A stretch of DNA of 64,000 bases from Amoebidium appalachense (GCA_963693365.1 CAVNZM010000011.1:2278989-2342988), one strand, 5' to 3'; shown: positions 13,237 through 34,157, counted from the stretch's first letter. Made by a program: numbers and translations. The notes: generated by a model not told the origin, from the letters alone.

Positions 13237-16181
13237 TTCCCCCCCATCCTACCCCCACCAATCCTTGGATCCTCTGCAGATCTAACCACCTTAAGGGTGG
13301 GATGCAGGCCTTTGTCAGAACCGGTATGTGTTGTATTAGAGACTTACATTGCCGGAAATTTATTATTTGAGTAGCTACAAAAGAAAGGGGCTCGGATTCT
13401 TAAGTTGCCCTAAACCAAACTGCTGGCGTTAACAGACGAGAGCGTTGGGATAGTATGCATGCTTGCAAGCACCTAAGTGCAGAACGACTCATTGGCGAAT
13501 ATTCAAGCACCGCATATGTTCTTGATCCTAAAATACAACCACAGGAGGGGGATGTCTCGGCTCTCGGTGCCAAGGAGCTAAAGCAGCGGCTGGCTGCTCT
13601 GGGCCTGAGCACAGCTGGTTGCAGTGAGAAGAGTGAACTTGTGCAACTGTACAAGGACTCACTGGCAAAGGGCATGAAGCCACAGCTGCAGGAGTAAGTA
13701 GCCACATGTGTGCACAACTGGTGTGCGGGCAGACAGGAATGCAGGCGGGAGGGCGGGTGGCGAGGGGAGGGGGGGGAAAGAGGGGGGGAGGGGGGGGGGG
13801 GGGGGGGGGGGGAAGGGGGGAGGGGTGGGGTGGGGATGGTTGTGCGTATTGTAAAAAAGAGATAATAGCAATTCTGGCCTGATTTTGCTTTGTTGGCCCG
13901 AATTATGAGCCCCAATGGCCATTCCAGATGATGGTAGTGCATGTCTGTGTGTGTATGTGTTACTTTTGTGTGAATGTACGTTTGCAAGTGCAATTGCGCG
14001 TGTGTGAGGTTAGTACAACTTGTTTGTGTAGACATATGCATGTGCACGTGTGTGAGGTTAGTACAACTTGTTTGTGTAGACGTATGCATGTGCGCGTGTG
14101 TGAGGTTAATACAACTTGTTTGTGTAGACGTATGCATGTGCACGTGTGTGAGGTTAGTACAACTTGTTTGTGTATGCGTATGCATGTGCGCGTGTGTGAG
14201 GTTAGTACAACTTGTTTGTGTAGACGTATGCATGTGCGCGTGTGTGAGGTTAGTACAACATGTTTGTGTAGACGTATGCATGTGCGCGTGTGTGAGGTTA
14301 GTACAACTTGTTTGTGTAGACGTATGCATGTGCGCGTGTGTGAGCTTAGTACAACTTGTTTGTGTAGACGTATGCATGTGCACGTGTGTGAGGTTAGTAC
14401 AACTTGTTTGTGTAGACGTATGCATGTGCACGTGTGTGAGGTTAGTACAACTTGTTTGTGTAGACGTATGCATGTGCGCGTGTGTGAGGTTAGTACAACT
14501 TGTTTGTGTAGACGTATGCATGTGCGCGTGTGTGAGGTTAGTACAACTTGTTTGTGTAGACGTATGCATGTGCGCGTGTGTGAGGTTAGTACAACTTGTT
14601 TGTGTAGACGTATGCATGTGCACGTGTGTGAGGTTAGTACAACTTGTTTGTGTAGACGTATGCATGTGCGCGTGTGTGAGGTTAGTACAACTTGTTTGTG
14701 TAGACGTATGCATGTGCGCGTGTGTGAGGTTAGTACAACTTGTTTGTGTAGACGTATGCATGTGCACGTGTGTGAGGTTAGTACAACTTGTTTGTGTAGA
14801 CGTATGCATGTGCACGTGTGTGAGGTTAGTACAACTTGTTTGTGTAGACGTATGCATGTGCACGTGTGTGAGGTTAGTACAACTTGTTTGTGAAGACGTA
14901 TGCATGTGCGCGTGTGTGAGGTTAGTACGACTTGTTTGTGAAGACGTATGCATGTGCACGTGCGTGAGGTTAGTACGACTTGTTTGTGTAGACGTATGCA
15001 TGTGCACGTGCGTGAGGTTAGTACAACTTGTTTGTGTAGACGTATGCATGTGCACGTGTGTGAGGTTAGTACAACTTGTTTGTGTAGACGTATGCATGTG
15101 CACGTGTGTGAGGTTAGTACAACTTGTTTGTGTAGACGTATGCATGTGCACGTGTGTGAGGTTAGTACAACTTGTTTGTGTAGACGTATGCATGTGCACG
15201 TGTGTGAGGTTAGTACAACTTGTTTGTGTAGACGTATGCATGTGCACGTGTGTGAGGTTAGTACAACTTGTTTGTGTAGACGTATGCATGTGCACGTGCC
15301 GGGTATGTGGTTGTATGCACTTGGTCACGTATGCGCTAAGAGGGGTGCCATGGTGTGTGCATATTTGTGCTTTGTGTGTATTGTATGGCTAATTTGTTTT
15401 CAGGTATGTGACGGTTGTGTGCGCGTATGTGCTGGGTGTGTAACCATGCCTATGCTGGATGAGAGCATGTATCATTCTGAGCGGGTTTATGGACAGTGCA
15501 CATGCATCCACATGCTGGGTGAGTAAGTTACGGTTGGTTTCTGTGTGAATCCGTGTGCTCAAAATGCGCATGCGGGCGGTTTTTTTTTATAAACTCGTTT
15601 GCTTTATTTGTGGCCTACCCTGAACCCCCCACACACACACACACATACACACACACACACCTCTTTCTTTCCTTCTTTTTTTCTCTGTTCTTCAAACCTT
15701 ATTGTGGCTAACATTTGCATGCAGAGCCAAGGAGGCAGAGAAGGGTCCATACATCAGTGAGCCGTGTGCCTACTGCGGCAAGGAGGTGGGGCATGACGGT
15801 CTAGAGGTGCTAGGCAGGCACTGGCACACAAACTGCTACTTCTGTGCACAGTGCGGCCGTAAGCCCGAAGAGGGGGAGGTGTTCCTGTGGCACCTGGGTA
15901 AGCCCTACTGCCGCCACGACTACACAGAGCTGTTTGCTACAAAATGTGCCGGGTGCAGCCAAGCAATCATGGCTGGGGAGGCACTGTGTGCATGCGACCA
16001 GCAGTGGCACCCGGCATGCTTCAGATGCCAGGCCCCGGGCTGTGGTGTGGTCTTTAATGGCGAGCAGTATTGGGAGTACCTGGGCCAGGCATTCTGCGAG
16101 GTACGTGAGCGTGTGTGGGCGCGCGCGTGTGTACATTGTGTGTGTGTGGGGGGGGGGGGGGGGGGGGGGGGGGGGCTGGGG

Positions 16182-16234
<53 letters not shown>

Positions 16235-16789
16235 GGTGGGTGTGTGGCATATGTGTGGGTGGGTGGGTGGTTGGGGGGTGGCCCGAAGGCATGAGTGGGT
16301 AGGTGGTGGTGGTGTTGTGTGTGTGTGTATTCTTTTTTTTTTTTTTTTTTTTTTTTCTGGGAGGGGGGGGGGGGGGGGGGGGGGGGGATGGACTTCGGCT
16401 TGATCGGGCCTGACTAGGGCACCGTACTTGGCTAGACTTTATGCTATTCACCATGGCGTGCACTTGTGTCCCGGGTGCCAGGGGAGGAGGGGAAGGGGGG
16501 GGGGGGGGGGGGGGGGGGGAGGCGGTGGGGAGGTGGGAGGGGGAGGGGGGGGGGAGGCGGGGGAAGGGGAGGAGGCCGAGGGATTTAAGGACCGAGATTT
16601 TGCAAGAGAGCAGGTCACGGCTGGTTCAGGGCAGGTGCAGGTGTATGGGCGGGCTACTCATGTGGGTGTATGTGAAGGGGGGTATGTGTGTGAGCTTGTG
16701 GGTATGTGTGCGTTTGTCTGTGTGTGGGTGTGTGTGTGGTGGTGGACAGGAATCGTGATTGTGGTGGTGGTTTATTTATTTATTTGTTT

Positions 16790-16859
<70 letters not shown>

Positions 16860-17120
16860 GGGTGGGGGGGTTGGATGAAGCATGACGTACAAAGCTGACC
16901 GGCTGTGGGGCTACAGATGGACTATCTGCGCAAGGTGGGCAACCTGTGTGAGGCCTGCCAGAAGCCCCTGGATGGGCGGTTCATGGAGGCACAGGGTAGG
17001 CGATTCCACCCCCAGCACTTCAGGTGTGTGGGCTGCTCACGCCCACTCATGGGCAAGCCCTTTGTGGTGGGTGCTAACAACCAACTGAAGTGCACCACAT
17101 GCAATGAGGAGTGCCACTAG
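12650..17120 (+). CDS. N-myristoylated protein with SAP/HeH-like motif and three C-terminal LIM domains (paxillin/leupaxin-like LIMs)
   Basis: Exons 12650-12928, 13545-13693, 15725-16100, 16917-17120, phases 0/2/0, 335 aa. N-terminus MGSAQSKKKSK. SAP-like motif LGAKELKQRLAALGLSTAGCSEKSELV. LIMs: CAYC..WHTNCYFCAQC..YCRHD, CAGC..WHPACFRCQAPGC..FCEMD, CEAC..FHPQHFRCVGC..CTTC. Confidence 0.9.
13996..15298. repeat. 48-bp tandem minisatellite, about 27 copies, in intron 2 of the LIM gene
   Basis: Unit gtgtgtgaggttagtacaacttgtttgtgtagacgtatgcatgtgcRc. The GAGG anchor recurs every 48 nt from 14006 to 15254. Confidence 0.97.
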
Positions 17121-17813
17121 ATGGCATGTGGGAATATAAGCAAGCTAGGTGGTGGTGGGTGTGGAAAAATTGGCGACATATGGTTTCGTTAGTTGGAAAA
17201 TTAGGTGGTGTTGTGTGCAGAAGAATTAGCAAAATGGTTTCGTAAGTGGATGTACCTGCGTTGTTATGGTAGAAAGTAGCGTTGAATGTATGCAGTTTTA
17301 AAAGTTTAGAGCTGATAGTCTTCTGTACTAGCATAAAAAAACTTAATTACAAATATAATGCCAAAAGTAGTGCGCCAGAGCAGCTTTTCGCAATAATAAA
17401 AAAAAATTCATGAGTACCGATCCATATTCTGCACATGGGCCACAACAATTGGATCAAATCGATGCTGGCTTATTCGAAAGGAGTGCACTTTGTTTCCTGC
17501 ACTCTTTCATTTTTGTTCCCGTGTGTGAATGTGTGTGTGTGTGTGTTCCTGCGTGCGCTGCGTACGTGTGCACACGTTAGAAGGAACGACGGACAGCTAC
17601 GGGGGCGCCGCTCGCGGCGGCGCAGGGGGGGGGGGGGGGGGAGGGGGGGGGGGGGGGAGATGTGTCTGTGTGTGGGTGTCCGGAGGTATGACGACGAGGA
17701 ATAAAGCGTGTGTGTGTGTGTGTGTGTGTGTTGGGAGGGGGGAGGGGGGCTCTCTCATCACATACACAAACACACACACACACACACACATACACACTCT
17801 TTCCCTCCCCCCC

Positions 17814-17853
<40 letters not shown>

Positions 17854-17983
17854 GTGTGTGTTGGGGGAAGGGGGGGCGGGGGGGGGGGGGGTTGGTCTGG
17901 AAACGGGGAAGGAGGACACGGGGGGGGGGGGGGGGGGGGGAGGGAAGGGGAGGGGGGGAAAGAGGAGGGAGGGAGGGGGGTGG

Positions 17984-18014
<31 letters not shown>

Positions 18015-18162
18015 CTGGGAATGGGTGCATGAATAAGACGTGTGGTGAAGAAATTCTGATGAATCCATGCGTGTGCATCCAGTGCACACGCCACACCTCC
18101 GTCACATTGATGCATACGTGCATGCCATTCATGCCGACCCATACATTCACATACATACTGAA

Positions 18163-26097
<7,935 letters not shown>

Positions 26098-26655
26098 TTG
26101 CCCTATGGGTGTGCCTTCCTGTGCCTGCTACACATCTCCCCTTCTGCCAACTGCTAGGCAAGACCGTGTCGGCTACGTGTGTGTGCATGCATTTATTCAG
26201 CTGAAGGATGCATCGAGCGTGAGTACAGCGTAACTATGACATATTCGCAGCTTGAAAGGTACATGTGCCCAGCCTGTGCTTTCATGATTCAAGCCTCCAA
26301 CACCACACCTACTCACACCAGTACAGTGCACTCCGTTTGGTTCGGCAGTTCAAGCACTACGTGACGTCACGGCGCACCCTGTGCCCCAATGAATCCTGTA
26401 GACATCTGGGGCGACTGTTCTACACTGACCTTCAGTTGACAGTTGTAGAAAACACATGGGGGGGTTTACGCTGTTTACTCGAGGCAAAGAGAACCAGTCT
26501 CAGGTATGGGGGGGGGGGTTTTGCTCGGAATATCCCCTCAGCGGTATATCATGATCACGTACATAGATGTCGGGTGGTGACTATATATCAGGGTTTACTT
26601 TCTCTACGAGACACCATAAAGACTACAAGGAGAAATCAATTAGTTGGGGTTCCCC

Positions 26656-26656
<1 letters not shown>

Positions 26657-26690
<34 letters not shown>

Positions 26691-26722
26691 GGGCTCCCCT
26701 CGGGACACTCGGTATCAGCTGG

Positions 26723-26773
<51 letters not shown>

Positions 26774-28758
26774 TGTGTGTGTGTGCGCGTGCGCTATAAT
26801 TTTGTAGTGATGTGTTTCTCAAGCCAATCAATACATCTAATAAACAGGTCGTAGTTACGCGTGTTTAGTATAAAATCAAGGATGTTGTAATTTACAGGTA
26901 GGCTATCTTTCTGGGTGTCTGTTGTGAATGTGACGTGTGTGTGTTGCGGTATTATGTGGTCTATCAAACTACATTTGGCGATACATGACCGGTTAAACTG
27001 GTGTGTGTGTGTGTTGTTTGGGCATGCAAATGATGCCACCTTATACTTATTAGATCTCCACTGTATAGCACGTGTACAGTAAAAGCGTGGTAATTGATCA
27101 ATAATACCATCAGCTAGAGAAAGACCAGTTCTACAGGAAGGTAATATGTATTTAGGTGTTATACACTTGCGAGTGCCATATTTGGCAATATGGTTGAGGC
27201 GGTCAGTATATATAAAACGAGACATAAGGCTTAGTTTTTCAAGGTGTATGCTTTCATCGGGTCTAGTGTCGTGTGGTATCTTTTTCCATTTGTTATATTG
27301 CGTGATTATCTTGTGATTGTGTACATGTTTAATAAGTAAGTGGCAGTCCAAAGTCACACACACACTATTGCGGGGTTTATTTGTATTTGTGCCCAGGGGA
27401 GAAGGGGAGAGAGAGGGGAGGAAAGAGGGGAGAGGTGAGGAGGGGACAGGTCGGATAGAGAAGAGAGGGTGGGAGGGCAAATACTTCTTTAAGCGGCTTA
27501 TGTGCTTATTGAATTTCAGCGCGAGATAGGATACTCTAGCAGCTATTGGGACCAGACCATATATCGAGAGCGTTACAGGCCCAGGTTTACAACAGTTGTT
27601 AGATAGAAAGGAGGCAACTTCTGCTTCAAGGAAATTTGCCAAGGGTTTAAGCGCTCTAGTTCTCTCTTTCTTGATCCAAGCGGCGAGAAGGGGTAAACCA
27701 TATTCACATGCCGGGAAGACAAAAGTGCGAATAAATGTAAGTCTAATAGAAGGATGGAGGGGTGTGTCTTTAAAAATATTAGCCGAGAAGAAAGCTAACC
27801 GCTTACGAGCCAACTCTACCCTCTTTTCGACCATATGGGGAAACATAACACCAACAGAATCAACCGGAACACCAAGATATTTGTATTCTGGAACTATAGG
27901 TACAGGTTTAGATGATAATGTAAATGTGTGTAAATTGTTAGCTATATCAGGTACAAGAACACCACATTTGTCTATGTTAAGGATCATAAGGTTTGCCTTG
28001 CACCACTCTGACACTACATCGAACAATCTTTGCAGGCGTCTAGGGGTACGGGCAAGGAGGGACAGATCATCAGCATAGAGAAGTGCAGGCGGAAAGTTAT
28101 TAATAGGGTCATCGTTTTCGGCGTAAATCTTGACAGCCAAATCATCTATAAATAGGTTAAACAAAAAGGGGCTAAGCAATGAACCCTGCAAGAGACCTCT
28201 AGTACGAGCAAAACCATATGAAAGATGCCCATTAACCACAGCTCTACCATAGGTTTGAGACAAGAGTGCTTCTAACAGAACACCAATGCAGTGTGGTACA
28301 CCCCGTGCAGCAAGCTTTTCCCATAGGAGACCAGGGGAGACAGAATCGTAAGCAGTTTTCCAATCAATAAAGCCAACATATTGTGCACCAACTTGCATAG
28401 AATCGTGCAGTGCCATTATTTGAACATAACATGAATTGTTTTTACGAAAAGCGGATTGGGATGGGTGTATGTGAAGAATAGATTGAAACCTAGGGTGATG
28501 TGCAAATAACCTAAGTAAGCAAGCTTCAAAGAATCTACGAACAACCTGGGTTAGTGTAATGGGGCGAAAGGATGATATGGGGCCCTCAGAGTCCTTCTTA
28601 ACTATGGGGATCACTAAGGTATCTAACCAAGATGACGGGACATGTCCACATTTAACACACCAAGAAAAGAGAGAGCTTAACATGATAGTAAGATCAGGTT
28701 TAATAGCACGATCACTTTCCTTTTGTGGGTAGGAGGGAACAAGGATTTTAAAACACAC
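26657..28758 (-). mobile_element. 5'-truncated non-LTR retrotransposon (LINE) copy with uninterrupted RT ORF
   Basis: Intronless ORF 28758-26794 with non-LTR RT motifs FRPITL, QSAFR, IDWKTAYDSV, GLLQGSLLSPFLFNLFIDDL, LLYADD, YKYLGV and a degenerate C-terminal Cys knuckle. It begins abruptly with no endonuclease or ORF1. It is followed by (CA)n and a 30-nt A-run (26686-26657) that may be the tail. No TSD was recognised. Confidence 0.88.
26794..28758 (-). CDS. Non-LTR reverse transcriptase (partial ORF2), 654 codons
   Basis: YADD catalytic motif and RT subdomains in order. The first codon is GTG at the apparent truncation point, so it is probably not a true start. Confidence 0.9.
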   Translation of the reverse strand: MCFKILVPSYPQKESDRAIKPDLTIMLSSLFSWCVKCGHVPSSWLDTLVIPIVKKDSEGPISSFRPITLTQVVRRFFEACLLRLFAHHPRFQSILHIHPSQSAFRKNNSCYVQIMALHDSMQVGAQYVGFIDWKTAYDSVSPGLLWEKLAARGVPHCIGVLLEALLSQTYGRAVVNGHLSYGFARTRGLLQGSLLSPFLFNLFIDDLAVKIYAENDDPINNFPPALLYADDLSLLARTPRRLQRLFDVVSEWCKANLMILNIDKCGVLVPDIANNLHTFTLSSKPVPIVPEYKYLGVPVDSVGVMFPHMVEKRVELARKRLAFFSANIFKDTPLHPSIRLTFIRTFVFPACEYGLPLLAAWIKKERTRALKPLANFLEAEVASFLSNNCCKPGPVTLSIYGLVPIAARVSYLALKFNKHISRLKKYLPSHPLFSIRPVPSSPLPSFLPSLSPSPLGTNTNKPRNSVCVTLDCHLLIKHVHNHKIITQYNKWKKIPHDTRPDESIHLEKLSLMSRFIYTDRLNHIAKYGTRKCITPKYILPSCRTGLSLADGIIDQLPRFYCTRAIQWRSNKYKVASFACPNNTHTHQFNRSCIAKCSLIDHIIPQHTHVTFTTDTQKDSLPVNYNILDFILNTRNYDLFIRCIDWLEKHITTKL

Positions 28759-31012
28759 GTGTGTCTATGCTATGTAGTGCACACACGTGCACATCTTGTA
28801 CATGCAGTGAAGTCATGCACACACAAATATTTTATGCTGTTCAGGGCAAGTCTACTGACCGAGTGCTTGATATTATTGTTGTTTGCATGTCAACCTAAAT
28901 CACAATCCTTCTGGACAACCTTAGACGTATTTATGAGCTGCCCCAGCCCCCGGATATATGCACACCAGTTTCTGCATGAACAAGCACGTTATTTGTTATG
29001 CTTGCGTATACGTAGTGTACATGTGCCGTGTGGCGTGAGCGTTTGCAGATGTACCTGTGAGTACATGAAGTGTGTGTTTTTCAACCATGGTGGACTTGTG
29101 TGCGTGACCTTTGTACTTACATATGCCCTTTGCACATCCATCTGAGGGGTACGGATGGATATTAGAGTGCACGGATATTAGAGTGTACGTTTTTGTAGAG
29201 TGAAAATATATATTTGAGTTTGTGTTAATGAGAAGCGCTTGGAAATCTATCATACCTTGGACATCTATCTATCATCCCACCCCCTGTGTGAGCAATGTAA
29301 TAATTATAAAATCATGCCCGTTATAAACAGAGCATTCCAGCCCAAGTTACACCTCAACAAAAGATCAAGGTTCAACTACAGCATGACCATACCACATCTG
29401 ATTTTATTGTGTTTCGTTCCACACGTTCGACTCCACAATGACGTTGGCCCTTTCATTGCCTCTAGATCTGCCATCCCGAACATTGCATAACCGCACATGA
29501 GATATACCACGGTATATATTTAAGTGCGTACAAGACATGTAATTGGGAAACCGGACTCAGAGGCTCGATGTACATGCATCAAGAATGTGTATGAGGCATC
29601 ACATGGGATCACAAGGCAATCCGTTGGATAACCGGCTATCTCGGTATATACTATGAGAGATGTGTGCGAGATACAGTATGGGATAGCAGAAAATCTCGGT
29701 ATATATTAAAGATGTGTACGAGATATATCATGTTCAAACAGGCTCGGACTGTGCGTCGTCGCATTAAAGCAAGTTTTGAGTAAAGAGGGTCTAACGTCGT
29801 TGGGCCGGCAACTTTCGAGAATCCCCCCCCCCCCCCCCCCCAAGTCCCTCTTCTTCTTCTTTTTCTACTTCTTCTTCGTAGGCCGTCAAGTGAGGCTGGG
29901 GCCCCTGACGATGTCCGCAGCAATAAATAGTGCGTAAACCCCATCTTCTTCTTCTTCTTCTTCTTCTTCTTTTTTTGGTTGTTGGGGGAAGGGGGAGGGG
30001 GTGGGGGTGTGGGGGGAGGGGGGGGAAGGGGGGACCCTGAGACGCTCGCCTGCAGATCGAATACTTTCCATTGTTTACAAGATTCTGTTTGATTGAGTCC
30101 CCTCCCAACACCTTGAGACGAAGAACCGTGAGCCCCCCCCCCCCTTAACCCCCCCCCCCCACACACACACGTGACACGCACCCCACCCCTTCCTTCTTTA
30201 ATTACACACATTGCCGCTTTCCAAAATCCCCCTCCTCCCCGTCCTATGTTCTTTTCCCCTGCACATCCAGCTTCCCCTGATGGAAAGAAAAAGAACAGGG
30301 GGTTTCGCACGCCTTTATTACTGATGTACAACACTCCCAGGAGCCATTTGGGTTGACGCGTGCACCTACGTTGCAGTGGTCTTCAGATCGCTACCGTGGG
30401 GCACGAGTAGCTAGTCCTAGAAAACTATGATGTTTTTGCCCTACATGAGTAGTTTTGTGGTGCATCCCTTGTTTTACCTGCTTTATGTGCCCCATGCTAT
30501 GTATTGCAAGTGGTAGGTACTAGTGTACCTGCATATATATAGATGTGTAAGTGCATTTAAATTCGAGTGTGCACGTGCATGTACGCATAGTTGGTTTTGT
30601 GCATCTGTGTGCCTTATGTACAACCTCAGCTATATTACGTGTGCACGTGCAGATACACTGCATTTTGGACGGAAGCATGCACTTGTGCCGTACTAGGGAG
30701 CAGGTAGGTGGGTGCGGTTCGAGCTCATCGGCTCGCCGGTGCTCATGGACTCATTGGGCTGGTATATAGACTGAGACTTATGTTTCAGTGTTCATATTTA
30801 TGGGCCATTTTTTATGATTGTATGTTTATGGGTTATGTCTTCAGTATTTTCGTATAAGTTGGCAGTGGCCAGCACGTGCCGAGGTGTACGTATGGTCGCA
30901 CCTACTAGAATACACTAATGCACATTTTATTGATTCACTATTTCCTGCTCATCACGCCTTGCATGGATTTAACTCGTTCACAAATAAATCCGTTACCTGC
31001 CAACTGCCATAC

Positions 31013-32490
31013 CTAGTGTACGCAGGGCCTAGACATGATGACGTAGTGTACCGTGTGGGCCTCAGCTGGGTCGCACAGCCCCGGGTCTGTATCGTCCAGT
31101 TTAAACCTGCAGCCAAAATTAGACACCATCACCACATAGCATACATCGTATCATTGATATGTGCGCATCAATACCCTGTCTGCACGGCAGTGTAGGGGGG
31201 CAACTAGAGCCCCAGTATACTTATTCTAATCACGCAGACACGATACCATATATGGCAATTTACTCATGGAAAGCTGCATCACTTGCAAACGAACACGCTT
31301 TGGGGCCTGATCCAAGGTGTATGAAATCCTTAAAACATACGCAGTACCACTGTACTATGCTTCCCCCCTTCTCCCCCCCCCCCCCCTCCCCCCCCCACCC
31401 AAGGGCTCGAAACAGTTGAATTTGTATGGGTCAAAGGACTTACCCTTGTGCTTGGTAGAACCCCAATGCTGCCTTGTTCACTGCCCAGCCCATGGTCAGT
31501 AAGAGCCCCCCCCCCCCCCCCCCCCCCCCCCCCCCACAAAAAAAAAAAAAAAAACCATCCCCCCCCCCCCCCCCCCCTTCCCCTCCCCCCCCCCCCCCCG
31601 TCCCCGCTCCCCTCTAACTCCCCCTCCCCCCCCCCCCCCCCGGCCCTCCCATATCCCGCTACCTCCTTCTCCCCCCTCCCCCTCCCCCCACCCCCTTCTG
31701 GGCACCATGCACCCACCCTTCTGCACGGTGAGCACGGTCTTCCTCATAGCCGCATCCACCCCCAGTATGTCCAGCACCCGCAGTAGCTGCCGGCCCAAAC
31801 CCAGTCCTCGGCACTCGGCCGCTAGTTGAAGCTCATAGCTGCAAATAGCAGAGTCAGACCAATCAGTGTAGGTGGCAGCACATAAGCCACTCTCCACTAA
31901 AAACGCTGGGGGAAAAACCCTGGGCTAAGTGTGTAATAGTGGTTAAGAATGGTTTTGGTTTGTTAGATTAGCTGGTTACACCATTAGCACCCTAGCTAGG
32001 GTACAGTCTGTGATTAGTATAGATATTTTTGATAGTTCCTATGAGGGGCCCTTATGGGCTTCTTCGGGGACCAAACGAGATCGAAAAAAACAAAAAAAGG
32101 TATGTGCACCACCACCATGCGGTAGTTCTACCACACACAATCACCACTTGATTCATTGGCACATACTCTGGCCCAGCCACTACCGCCCTTTCACGCACCA
32201 GTATATGATGGGCAGGCGACCATCATCATCCAGGTCGTATCTGAAGTGCACAAACCCCACCAGCCTGCCCTCTCTCCTCATCAGCAGATATCGTGCGCTC
32301 TCCTCCCACAGCTCTGTCTGCTTGCCTGCTGCGTCCCAGCCACTCGGTGTCTGCTCGTAACTGCAAGGCAGGAGAGCATAAGTATATGTGTCCTGTAAAT
32401 GCCCTCCCCCCCCCCCCCCCCCCCCAAAAAAAATAAAAAATAAAAACTTGCACACAAGCGCACGCCGCGCACGCACACGCACACACACGC

Positions 32491-32534
<44 letters not shown>

Positions 32535-34064
32535 CAACAACAACAACAACAACACACCACAGTGGTCCTATTGGGTGTATGTGTGTGCGTGCTTTGGGGG
32601 GGGGGGGGGGGGGGGGGGAAGGGGGAGTGCTTTTTTTTTTTTTTTTTTTTTTTTTGGGGGGGGGGGGGGGTTTCGAATATACAAGTAAGGGTTCGGAAAT
32701 GGAGGGAGGGGTATGTATGCATAACCCGAGAGAGTGGGGAAGCGCAAAACAAAGACCGAAAAAAAACAAAAGCACCAAAGAAAAGCGAAAAAAAAAACCT
32801 TTAAGCAGAAGAGAGCCCTCATCAGGCGCCGAGTTCCAGTGCCTTCATGAAAGGCCGGGTTTCGAATATCTTAACCTCTCGTTTATGCCCCAAAACATTC
32901 TTTGTTTTACGGTCACATGCGAGAAAACCGGTTTTAATCACAAGACGAGCAGGGCTGTCAAGGACACAGCATTCAAAACATAACATACCACATACAAGTA
33001 TATACACAAGCAAGGAAAATTCAAGAGAAATAACTATCAGAGCATAAGTCAGGCTTTCAAAGTCTCCAAAACGCCCTTAAGCATAAAGCTAAAGCTGTGT
33101 TCATGACATACAAGAGGTACATGCTCTAAAGGAAAGGCGTGTGTTGCACTTGGTTCACTGGTGAGAGAGGGGTGGTAAAACCCCCCCTCAAGGGGCCGAC
33201 ACAGAGTGAAAACGGGCACCTACAAGGTTCTCATGTTGGTCTCCAACAAAGCAAAAACCTCGGCCTTGGTGGCGGCATCAGCTTGGCTGGCAGACAAAAA
33301 CTGCAGGTGGTAGACCCTGATAGTGTTACAATGCAACGTCAGCAACAGGTGAAATGAGAGAGGGTGATGTTGTCAAGGGGGCAGACCTGTCGTCTTCCTA
33401 AAGGTGTAGCTACGACAGGGGTGCCAGGTTAAGTTAGGATCGAGGGAGGAGAAGGGGAGAGCAAGGGGAATGGAGGAGAAGAGGGAGGGGGGGGGAGGAC
33501 TAGAGATGGTCGAAGGGAGGGAAGGGGAAGGGTCTATACCCGTCAGGACCACACTTGCGCAGTTCAGAATGAGTAGCTAAAGGGTCCGATATCTGTTATA
33601 AGTATTAGCGTAAGTTAACGCTCTGCACGTGCACATCTCCCCAGCCCCTCACCCGTACCACCGCGACCATGGTATACACAGGCACATACAGCAACAAAAC
33701 ACACAGACAAACATGGGCGCAAAGACCTACACAAAAAAGCAAGCACACACATTCACACCCAGGTCCACAAGCACACGCACACATGCACACGAAATACAGC
33801 TGAATAATTACAAAGAACCACTACTGTAAAAAAAATACACACAAACACAAGCACACAAGACGCACACGCGGCAGGGTGCCCTGCCCCCCCTCTCCACACA
33901 CACACGCGCGCGCGTGTGCACACACACACACACAGGACACACACACACACACACGCACACACGCACACACGCACACACACACACAAACATGCACGCACAC
34001 ACACACGCACACACACACACACACACGCACACATACACACACCCGCACACCATCACACACACAT

Positions 34065-34157
<93 letters not shown>

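Noticed and set aside
13996-15298. Possible CRISPR array (also considered for the 29-bp array at 23926-24254)
   Set aside because: Units are contiguous with no unique spacers, no cas genes are present, and the context is a eukaryotic intron.
13400-15392. Long repeat ORFs of 642, 472 and 321 aa rich in His/Cys
   Set aside because: They are translations of the 48-bp intronic minisatellite. The unit length is divisible by 3 and lacks stops in several frames on both strands.
26794-28758. Retron, DGR, group II intron or telomerase RT
   Set aside because: Motifs are those of non-LTR retrotransposons, and no associated ncRNA, template repeat or partner gene is visible.
29500-29730. Three loose copies of a CGGTATATA/GAGAT motif
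   Set aside because: No clear TIR, TSD or regular period, so too weak to call a mobile element.
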